DNA of 24,839 bases from an uncultured Thermococci archaeon. GTDB lineage: Archaea > Methanobacteriota_B > Thermococci > Thermococcales > Thermococcaceae. This document shows, in pieces, positions 9,655-16,418 of the stretch. The stretch lies in the NCBI GenBank assembly GCA_964615185.1, contig CAZTOS010000030.1, positions 1 to 24,839 on the forward strand, read 5' to 3'. The stretch's first letter is position 1. Every line of letters starts with the position of its first letter. The notes beneath the pieces were generated by a model. That model saw only the letters and a list, made by a program, of their open reading frames with translations. It had not been told where the DNA came from and searched no databases. A program made the translations under genes and the position numbers.

Positions 9655-10544
9655 CAAAATGTTTAGAAAAATATCTCCCGTTCTTAATTAAAATTCCCAA
9701 TATAGAACATAGGGTATCTAGTTTGGTTTTTTATGAATACTCTATTTCTTACTTACTTAAGCACTTAAGCTCTCTAAAAGCTAAAAGACAATATAAACTA
9801 CCGCTTAAAATTAAAGTCCTGGATATAGGGTGTTCAAGTGGATATGGAATCTATATCATGAGAGAAACATGTCCAATTTGTAGCTTTGTTGGTGTGGATA
9901 TAAATGAGAGTGATATATTTCAAGCTCGGAGATTGTTATCAAGATACTCCAATGTTGACGTTCTTAAACTTGATATTACTAGCCAAAAGACTGTTGATTA
10001 CTTGATTAATAGATATGGAAAGTTTGATGCTATAACATGTTTTGAGGTATTTGAGCATATGACTTCAGAAGGTTCAGTAACAATGCTAAAAAATATTTAC
10101 TCTTTACTAAGTGATGAGGGTTTACTGTTTATTTCAACTCCAAACAAAAAAATATATGATGTAGATGCATGTACACTAGATCACATTAATGAAGTTGATG
10201 CAGAGAAGTTTTTATCCTTACTTGAAAATATGTCTTTTGAGATAATTCAAGTTATGGGCAGTCATCATCTCCGTCCACTCCTGACAAGACTGTTATATCA
10301 ATTTAATCTTGTTGCGAGATATGGAAATATTAAAAATGAATTGTCTTTTCAAAAAAGATTAGTTAGATACATGTTACGTGCTCTGTTAGATCCTAAGAGA
10401 ATTATATTGACTGTAATGAGAAAGATTGATTTTAAGCAATATCTTAAGTTGCGACTTTTATATGAGAGGCTTGTTTATGATTATGATAATTGTAGCCTAG
10501 TCTATGTCATCGCTAGAAAGAAAAGCAACACAATGAAAACTTAA
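9651..10544 (+). CDS. Class I SAM-dependent methyltransferase
   Basis: VLDIGCSSGYG, VGVDI, FDAITCFEVFEH, GLLFISTPN, HINE. Start moved to ATG 9651 (ATGA overlap, GGAGGAG RBS). Confidence 0.88.
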   Translation: MTKCLEKYLPFLIKIPNIEHRVSSLVFYEYSISYLLKHLSSLKAKRQYKLPLKIKVLDIGCSSGYGIYIMRETCPICSFVGVDINESDIFQARRLLSRYSNVDVLKLDITSQKTVDYLINRYGKFDAITCFEVFEHMTSEGSVTMLKNIYSLLSDEGLLFISTPNKKIYDVDACTLDHINEVDAEKFLSLLENMSFEIIQVMGSHHLRPLLTRLLYQFNLVARYGNIKNELSFQKRLVRYMLRALLDPKRIILTVMRKIDFKQYLKLRLLYERLVYDYDNCSLVYVIARKKSNTMKT

Positions 10545-11744
10545 AACACTTGCTATTCCCTGACTCACCACCGTCGCCACCGCCGCACCCTTAGCGCCAT
10601 AGTTTAGAATAAGAAAATAATTTAAAACTACATTCAACAAAGCTGCAAACCCCGTGATCTTCGTAAAGGTCAGCTCCCTCCCGGTTGCGTTCATGTAGCT
10701 CCCAAAGAGGGAGTTGAGGAACATAAACGGAACAGCAAACGCTAAAATCCTCAGCACGGGGACACTTGAAAGGAACTTTTCCCCGAAGACTATTAAAATC
10801 CCAAGTCTGGCAAGGATGTAGTATCCTGCAGTTCCAAGGAGTCCAATGAGTAGGAGCATCTGGAAGCTCTTCTTAAACAGCGCCTCAAGCGTTTTTCTAT
10901 CTTCCTTCCACAGCCTCGCCATCGAGGGCATCGTCGTTGAGGTAACTATGTTTGGAATAAATAGTGAGACTTCTATGAGCGTAAAGGCCGCCCTGTATAT
11001 TCCCGTCTCGTAGTCCCCTCTTATAAGACTCAACATAACCATATCTGTGCGGTAATAGATGAGCGTGAAGAGTCCTATGAACCAGAAGGGATAAGACTTC
11101 ATCAGGAGATTCTTCCAAACTTCTGGTTTAAAGCGAACCCTGAGTTCATCAATGAACTGAAGCCCCCACTTTACCCTTAAGAATTCTCTCAATGTGTAAC
11201 CAGCTAAAAGCGCAACTATAAATGGTGGAAGAGATTTAAACAGATACAAAACAGCTCCACCAACAAAGAATGCCCAGAATCTCTCAACGGTTTTCGCAAT
11301 GGCCTCGTATTTGGTAACCTCATGGGCATACATTATTCTCACAAAAACAGTTGCAGTCCAAGTGAGCATTGTCTCCGCTCCCGCCAGAACGATAAGAACT
11401 TTCATCCATCCCGGCTTCGGAAGGAAAATCGTAATCCCGACGATTATCAGGAAGTTGATAATTGCCAATACTATTTTGAAGCCAAGAACATCCGGGAGTA
11501 GCTCCTTCAGCCTGCTTTTATCCCTCGCCACCTCACGCATGAAGTAGTATCCAACACCCAAATCAGAGAATATTCCCAAGAGCCCTACATAGTAGAAGAT
11601 GAAGGAGTACTGTCCAAGTCCCTCTGGTCCTAATGTTCGGCTTAAGATAACTATCACACCGTAAGCTAACACCTTTGAAATTACTTCGGCACTAAAGAGC
11701 CATCCTGCGTTCTTTATTAGTTTCAATTTTAGACTCTCTGTCAT
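10497..11744 (-). CDS. Oligosaccharide flippase (Wzx/AglR-like, MOP superfamily)
   Basis: Many hydrophobic helices, RTLGPEGLGQYS, DLGV, YYRTDMVML, GIYRAA, YGAKGAAVAT. Confidence 0.9.
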   Translation of the reverse strand: MTESLKLKLIKNAGWLFSAEVISKVLAYGVIVILSRTLGPEGLGQYSFIFYYVGLLGIFSDLGVGYYFMREVARDKSRLKELLPDVLGFKIVLAIINFLIIVGITIFLPKPGWMKVLIVLAGAETMLTWTATVFVRIMYAHEVTKYEAIAKTVERFWAFFVGGAVLYLFKSLPPFIVALLAGYTLREFLRVKWGLQFIDELRVRFKPEVWKNLLMKSYPFWFIGLFTLIYYRTDMVMLSLIRGDYETGIYRAAFTLIEVSLFIPNIVTSTTMPSMARLWKEDRKTLEALFKKSFQMLLLIGLLGTAGYYILARLGILIVFGEKFLSSVPVLRILAFAVPFMFLNSLFGSYMNATGRELTFTKITGFAALLNVVLNYFLILNYGAKGAAVATVVSQGIASVLSFHCVAFLSSDDID

Positions 11745-11764
11745 AGTCTCTCAGAAATTAAAGG

Positions 11765-11781
11765 AGAAAAGTCCTTAAAAA
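11765..11781. promoter_or_regulatory. TATA element, possibly bidirectional (sRNA on +, flippase on -)
   Basis: AGAAAAGTC-CTTAAAAA on + about 20-25 nt before the sRNA; the same bases read TTTTTAAG on - about 30 nt before the flippase ATG. Confidence 0.45.
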
Positions 11782-11800
11782 GTTCACCTCTTATTTTCAT

Positions 11801-11862
11801 TGTGCAATGATGAGTGATGGGCGAACCGAGGGATGAGGATGGAAAGGTGATCGCTGAGCATA
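11801..11862 (+). ncRNA. Box C/D methylation guide sRNA (1)
   Basis: C ATGATGA 11807-13; guide GTGATGGGCGAA; D' CCGA 11826-29; C' ATGAGGA 11833-39; guide TGGAAAGGTGATCG; D CTGA 11854-57; terminal stem TGTGC/GCATA. Guides complement 23S UUCGCCCAUUA and the 16S 3' end CGAUCACCU as recalled. Confidence 0.85.
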
Positions 11863-11892
11863 GACTTTTAAACTCTCATTTAAATTTCTTTT

Positions 11893-11948
11893 TGGGATGA
11901 TGAATTCAGCCTTGCCTGATGTGTGATGAAGGAGTGACGGACTGACCA
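11893..11948 (+). ncRNA. Box C/D methylation guide sRNA (2)
   Basis: C ATGATGA 11897-903; guide ATTCAGCCTTGC; D' CTGA 11916-19; C' GTGATGA 11923-29; guide AGGAGTGACGGA; D CTGA 11942-45; TGG/CCA stem; TTTTAAA at 11866-72 upstream. Guides complement 16S GCAAGGCUGAA and CCGUCACUCC. Confidence 0.93.
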
Positions 11949-11978
11949 CTGTATTTTTAGCGTTACTTAATTTGATTA

Positions 11979-11996
11979 TTTGTGCATATGCACAAA
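11979..11996. promoter_or_regulatory. Perfect 18-bp palindrome, candidate operator of the CDF gene
   Basis: TTTGTGCAT/ATGCACAAA, between an AT-rich box (about 11966-73) and the GGTGG RBS (12002-06). Confidence 0.55.
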
Positions 11997-12010
11997 ATTG
12001 TGGTGGTATC

Positions 12011-12335
12011 ATGGAAGAAGTTTACAAGCCAGTTTGGGTCAGTATCATTGGAAATGTGCTGTTGGCACTTCTTAAAGTTGCCCTTGGATTTATGTATTCA
12101 AGTTTGGCTTTAATTTCTGATGGTGTTCACTCTTTTAGTGATGTTATAACAAGTGTAATTGGACTGACCTCCTCCCTTTTTGCGAGGGTTTCAGCGAGTT
12201 AACCCCTTGTTAGTGGCGGGGGTCAGGCTTAAAGAGGCTCATGATGTCAGTGAAGAAGTCAAGAAACGAATAGAAGAGCTTGATGAGGTTGAGATGGCTT
12301 TTGTTCATGTGGATATTAAGGGGATTACCAAATGA
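12011..12335 (+). pseudogene. Cation diffusion facilitator (FieF/CzcD-like) pseudogene with large internal deletion
   Basis: 12011-12163 encodes MEEVYKP..SLALISDGVHSFSDVITSVIG (CDF TM1-2 signature); 12228-12335 in another frame encodes LKEAHDVSEEVKKRIEEL..FVHVD (CDF C-terminus); separated by 63 bp of foreign sequence with an in-frame TAA at 12200. Confidence 0.9.
12164..12226 (-). mobile_element. 63-bp remnant resembling an IS200/IS605 (tnpB/IS1341-type) right end, or a minimal non-autonomous element
   Basis: GC-rich insert starting exactly where CDF homology stops; minus strand ends GGGGTTAACTCGCTGAAACCCTCGC..GGGAGGAGGTCAG, like archaeal tnpB right ends as recalled; 10/12 terminal inverted repeat CTGACCTCCTCC / GGCGGGGGTCAG. 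Confidence 0.65.
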
Positions 12336-13496
12336 TCAGAGATCTCTTAGGACTTCTCTTAAATCTCTCAAAAATTCCTCTAAGTGTTCTTTTTTAACAT
12401 GGGGCATCATCACAATCCTGATGTAGCCTCTGTGAGCACTGATTCCCCAACCTTTCCTTTTAAGCTCCTTCTCAACCTTTTCCAGCTCTTTAGTTCCAAA
12501 GGATACTACGTTGAGCATTGGCTCCCTGATAAGATATGCTCCATCCAACGTCTTTATCTGCTCCGCAAACCATCTTGAAAGCTCCATTGCTTCTTTGACA
12601 ATCTTTTTGTATCCTTCAAAGCCTAAGTGCTTTAGGAGAGCCCATACTGCCAGAGCATTTGCTCCAGGTCTTGTTCCGGTTATTGTGGCCTGAAATACCT
12701 TTCCTCCAGCTAAGTATGGAGCGGGAACGCTTATTGCATCAATGAATTTCTTCTTTCTGAATATTATTCCCCCAGCGGGAATTGGTGCCATACCCATTTT
12801 GTGAGGGTCAATTGTTATGCTCTGCACTCCTTTGAGCTTGAAGTCAAAATCCGGCAGATCATAACCCAAAGCTTTGGCAAAAGGTATTACAAAGCCTCCA
12901 AATGCAGCGTCAACGTGAAGGGGAAGTCCGTAATCCTGAGCTAAATCTGAAAGAGCTGGAATGTCATCTACAACTCCCAAACCCGTTGTCCCTGCTATGC
13001 CCACAATTCCTATTGTGTTATCTGTAATTTTACTCTCAACGTCCCTAACATTGACAGAGTAATCCTCATTCAGCTCAGCCCACACCAACTTGACTTTTAG
13101 CATTTCACTTGCCTTAAGAAATGAGAAATGTGCGCTCTCTGGCAAAATCAGCTCTGGATTTTCAACATCAGCTATGTTACGAAATGCTCTCACCGCTAAA
13201 ATATTTGCCTCTGTCCCTCCAGAGACTATATTTCCATAAGCTTTGTTTAAGTGCAATAAGTCTCCAAGCATTTGTACAGTTTCTTCCTCAATTTTTCTGC
13301 TCCCAACATGCAGTCCAGGATCTCCGAGATTTCTATCTATGTAAAGAGAAATTATCTTTTGAGCAAGGGGATGAGGATAAGTGCACATTGAACCAAGGAT
13401 TTTACCCGAATCAAAAGTTAAGTCCTCATTTAATCGCTTTTCAAGTTCGTCAAGCACTTCCTCTTCACTCATCCCTTTTTTTGGAAAAGCTGTCAT
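12336..13496 (-). CDS. mfnA: PLP-dependent group II decarboxylase (MfnA / aspartate-glutamate-tyrosine decarboxylase)
   Basis: ILGSMCT, NLGDPGL, SGGTEAN, AHFS, LHVDAAFGG, PLP lysine in IDPHK, TGTRPG. Start moved to ATG 13496 after an AGGTGAG RBS. Confidence 0.92.
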   Translation of the reverse strand: MTAFPKKGMSEEEVLDELEKRLNEDLTFDSGKILGSMCTYPHPLAQKIISLYIDRNLGDPGLHVGSRKIEEETVQMLGDLLHLNKAYGNIVSGGTEANILAVRAFRNIADVENPELILPESAHFSFLKASEMLKVKLVWAELNEDYSVNVRDVESKITDNTIGIVGIAGTTGLGVVDDIPALSDLAQDYGLPLHVDAAFGGFVIPFAKALGYDLPDFDFKLKGVQSITIDPHKMGMAPIPAGGIIFRKKKFIDAISVPAPYLAGGKVFQATITGTRPGANALAVWALLKHLGFEGYKKIVKEAMELSRWFAEQIKTLDGAYLIREPMLNVVSFGTKELEKVEKELKRKGWGISAHRGYIRIVMMPHVKKEHLEEFLRDLREVLRDL

Positions 13497-13530
13497 TACT
13501 CTCACCTGCATAGAGTTGTCCATTATGCGT

Positions 13531-14715
13531 TTAAGCTTTATCCTCTCTAATTTTTCTCAGATACAGCTTGAAGAACTGGGGTGTAGTTATTGCTGTGAGC
13601 ATTGAAACGATAACTATGCTTGCAAACAAGCTCTGGTCAATTAGTCCTTTTTCCAGTCCGAATTTTAGGATTGCAAACTCTAAACTACCTCTTCCTCCCA
13701 TCCCAATTCCAACTAAGAATGCTTCTTTCCAGTCAAATCCAAAGATTTTCATACCCAATGAACATCCAATGAGCTTTCCAAAAACCGCAGATAGATAAAG
13801 AAGTGCAATCATGATTAAGCTTATTTCGCTCATTGTTGGGTTGAACATCAATCCAACATAGATAAAGAAGAGCGGAATAAAAAATTCTGTCAGTACAACT
13901 TGTAGGTCTTCAATCAGCTCATTGAGCTTTATTCTGCTTATAACCAAGGGGTCTTTTCTTTCCCTTAGGCGACTTATTGTTAATCCAGCTAAGTAAGCTC
14001 CAATTATCTGATGAAGGCCTACTTCTTCAGCTATGATTGCAAGGAGAAAAGTCAAGACAAGCGTGAATGTGAAGAAAACATTTAGGTTGCGCAGTATTCC
14101 ATAAAATCCCTTGGAGCGCTTAAATACAAATTCGGAAATTAGCAATACAACAACTATAAACGCAACTATTTTGACTGTTAGTACTGCAAGTGGAAGGAAG
14201 CTGAGCTCCCCTCTTGCAAGTGCCGTGATAATACCGATTAAATAAACGGCTATAATGTCATCAGCAAAAGCAGCTCCCATGAGAATCGAAGATATTTCCC
14301 TCTTGACTCTCTCCCTAACAATCACACCGCTCGTGACTTCAATTGCAGTATTTCCCAAAGTTACGCCTACAAATATAGCAGCCGCTAATCCTTTTCCAAA
14401 AGCCATCACTGTTAGGAAACCCAAGATAAATGAGAAAGCTACACCTAAAATTGCAACGACCGTGGCCTTTAATTTATTTGTAGCTATGGCGGAAAAGCTG
14501 CTTGTCAAACCCATGTATAGCATCATCATCAGAAGTCCAAACTCTGAAAGAACCTTGAGGGGTTCAGATGGAGAAATTATGTGGAGAGCAAACGGCCCTA
14601 AGATTATTCCTGTTAAGATGTGCGCTATTATTGGATGGATCTCCTTCTTTTCAAAGAGCCATTCTAAGGTTTTTGCTGTTACTAAAAGAATGGACAAGTC
14701 AAGGATGTATTGCAA
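13531..14715 (-). CDS. CPA2 cation:proton antiporter (NapA-like)
   Basis: Highly hydrophobic; GAAFADDII, IGAYLAG, FFIYVG, GKLIGC, GGRGSLE; TTG start with GGAGG RBS. Confidence 0.88.
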   Translation of the reverse strand: MQYILDLSILLVTAKTLEWLFEKKEIHPIIAHILTGIILGPFALHIISPSEPLKVLSEFGLLMMMLYMGLTSSFSAIATNKLKATVVAILGVAFSFILGFLTVMAFGKGLAAAIFVGVTLGNTAIEVTSGVIVRERVKREISSILMGAAFADDIIAVYLIGIITALARGELSFLPLAVLTVKIVAFIVVVLLISEFVFKRSKGFYGILRNLNVFFTFTLVLTFLLAIIAEEVGLHQIIGAYLAGLTISRLRERKDPLVISRIKLNELIEDLQVVLTEFFIPLFFIYVGLMFNPTMSEISLIMIALLYLSAVFGKLIGCSLGMKIFGFDWKEAFLVGIGMGGRGSLEFAILKFGLEKGLIDQSLFASIVIVSMLTAITTPQFFKLYLRKIREDKA

Positions 14716-14716
14716 C

Positions 14717-14971
14717 TTAGACCCTCCTGCTCAGCAGGGCCATGAAAATCCAGAGGAGCATTAGGATTATTGCAAGGATCATTGCTAAAGTTGCACCTCT
14801 CTGAGTTCCAAAGACTATTGGAATCGGGCCTATCATTATGACTCCTCCGCTTTCAACTTCAGCTTCTTCACTTGTTGCTGTTATCAGAGTTCCTATGAAC
14901 ACTAAGAAAAACCCTATGAAAATCATCGCTATTCCGGCTATTATTAGGAGTCCTCCTTTCATGGTCATCAT
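14717..14971 (-). CDS. DUF131/TIGR00304 small membrane protein
   Basis: Two hydrophobic segments around EVESGGVIMIGPIPIVFG; start 14971, 14968 or 14962. Confidence 0.85.
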   Translation of the reverse strand: MMTMKGGLLIIAGIAMIFIGFFLVFIGTLITATSEEAEVESGGVIMIGPIPIVFGTQRGATLAMILAIILMLLWIFMALLSRRV

Positions 14972-15042
14972 GAAATTGTATTTTTATTAAGTTTTTAAAG
15001 CTTAACCTAAAGATTATTAAAGCAAAGCCTGAAAGCTCTATT

Positions 15043-15741
15043 ATGCTGGTAATGGTTGACCTTGATGACACCCTCTGCAATACTTGGGAAGCCGGGAAAT
15101 ATACAATAGTCAGGCTTCTTCCCCATCTGTTCAGGAAAAGAAAATTCAAAGCAATGTTTTACATTTTAACTGCTCGTTATAGAGAACTTGAGCAGTCAAG
15201 GGAACTTTTAGTATTGGATTTGGATAAAATCCTTCAAAGGGTTATGGAGAGAGTTTATAGCAAAGTTAAGAAAGAAGACTTGGAGGAAATGATCGAACTC
15301 GTAGATAGAACATTCTTTTCAAATCTAAAGCTTTTTCCGGATGCTAAGCCTTTTTTGGAAGAGTTAAGAAAAATTGATGCAAAAATAGTTCTTGTAACTG
15401 ACTCATCAACGTACTGGCAGAGAAAAAAGCTTGAGTATCTTGGCATAAAAGACTACTTTGATGGAATAATAATCAGTGGAGAAACAGGGTACAGCAAACT
15501 CGAACCCTATAACTTCTTACTTGCAAGGAGGATGTTCCCAAATGAAGACGAAGTTTACATGGTTGGAGATAGGGACGATACCGATATGAAAGGCGGAAAA
15601 GCTGTTGGAGCGATAACAATACTTGTGAAGCGGGGTTACTTCAAAAGCAAAAGGGCAAAATATGCAGATTATATCGTCAAAGATTTAATTGAGGCACTGG
15701 AGGTGATTAAACGTGAGCATGAAAAGCGAGATAAAGCGTAA
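15043..15741 (+). CDS. HAD superfamily hydrolase
   Basis: DLDDTL motif I, LVTD, K, MVGDRDDTDMKG motif IV; TATA-like TTATTAAA about 25 nt upstream and no RBS (probably leaderless). Confidence 0.9.
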   Translation: MLVMVDLDDTLCNTWEAGKYTIVRLLPHLFRKRKFKAMFYILTARYRELEQSRELLVLDLDKILQRVMERVYSKVKKEDLEEMIELVDRTFFSNLKLFPDAKPFLEELRKIDAKIVLVTDSSTYWQRKKLEYLGIKDYFDGIIISGETGYSKLEPYNFLLARRMFPNEDEVYMVGDRDDTDMKGGKAVGAITILVKRGYFKSKRAKYADYIVKDLIEALEVIKREHEKRDKA

Positions 15742-16333
15742 ATCTCTTCATCTTTCTGGCCTAACTGTTCCAGCAGTTTATCTTTTCTTTGGAAGAGATA
15801 TTGCCCTCTTTTTTGTCGGCTTGTCTTTCGTGGTATTCATTATCCTTGAACCTCTCAGGATTGTGGAGCATTTGAGGGACAAACTAAAGAAAAAACTTGG
15901 CATTTATGTTGATAGGCAACTTATCGAAATTGTGGAGGGGGAAATAGATACTATAGCGAGAGAACATGAGAAGAAAAGCATCGGGGCGCATATTTATTTT
16001 GCTCTGGCTGCGTTTATTATAGTTTACTTCTTCCCCAAAGACATTGCCATAGGGTCTATAGCCGTTGCAACTTTAGGCGATGCTATAGCCGCGATAATTG
16101 GAAAGCCCTTTGGAAAGCACCGTTTTAAGAATGGCAAAAGCCTTGAAGGGAGTTTAGCCTTTTTCATGACTTCTCTGCTGATTCTTTCGATTCTGATGGA
16201 TATTCCTCATGCGGTGATAGGAGCATTAGCTGGAACTTTAGCGGAATTTTATGAACTGCCACCAGATGACAATTTCTCAAATCAACTATCTGTTGCACTA
16301 ACGCTTTATGTCTTTAGAAACTTTGTCCTCTAA
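15713..16333 (+). CDS. SEC59/DGK1/phytol kinase-like CTP-dependent polyprenol/diacylglycerol kinase
   Basis: RKSLHL, GDAIAAIIGKPFG, KSLEGSLAF, DDNF; GGAGGTGA RBS. Confidence 0.85.
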   Translation: MSMKSEIKRKSLHLSGLTVPAVYLFFGRDIALFFVGLSFVVFIILEPLRIVEHLRDKLKKKLGIYVDRQLIEIVEGEIDTIAREHEKKSIGAHIYFALAAFIIVYFFPKDIAIGSIAVATLGDAIAAIIGKPFGKHRFKNGKSLEGSLAFFMTSLLILSILMDIPHAVIGALAGTLAEFYELPPDDNFSNQLSVALTLYVFRNFVL

Positions 16334-16348
16334 AATCCTCTAAAATCC
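16326..16348 (+). repeat. 10-bp tandem duplication TCCTCTAAAA x2.3
   Basis: TCCTCTAAAA TCCTCTAAAA TCC spanning the kinase stop codon. Confidence 0.7.
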
Positions 16349-16353
16349 CACAA

Positions 16354-16369
16354 CAAAAAGTATTTATAT
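16354..16369 (+). promoter_or_regulatory. BRE/TATA promoter of the glucanotransferase gene
   Basis: CAAAAAGTA-TTTATAT. Confidence 0.75.
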
Positions 16370-16381
16370 CGTGGTATATAA

Positions 16382-16398
16382 TATCACTATTGGTGATA
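16382..16398. promoter_or_regulatory. Thermococcales glycolytic motif (TGM), TrmBL1/Tgr operator
   Basis: Exact TATCAC-N5-GTGATA (TATCAC TATTG GTGATA) downstream of the TATA box, i.e. the repressing position. Confidence 0.92.
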
Positions 16399-16418
16399 CT
16401 TACAATGGAGGTGCAACA

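Noticed and set aside
3174..10560. Invertible (phase-variable) segment explaining the cassette orientation
   Set aside because: No inverted repeats seen at the two boundaries by eye and no recombinase in the window.
11797..12012. 71-aa minus-strand ORF
   Set aside because: Antisense to two C/D sRNAs and an operator-like palindrome; no protein features.
11972..12202. 76-aa ORF as an intact small membrane protein
   Set aside because: It is the CDF N-terminal fragment (true start 12011) running into the insert.
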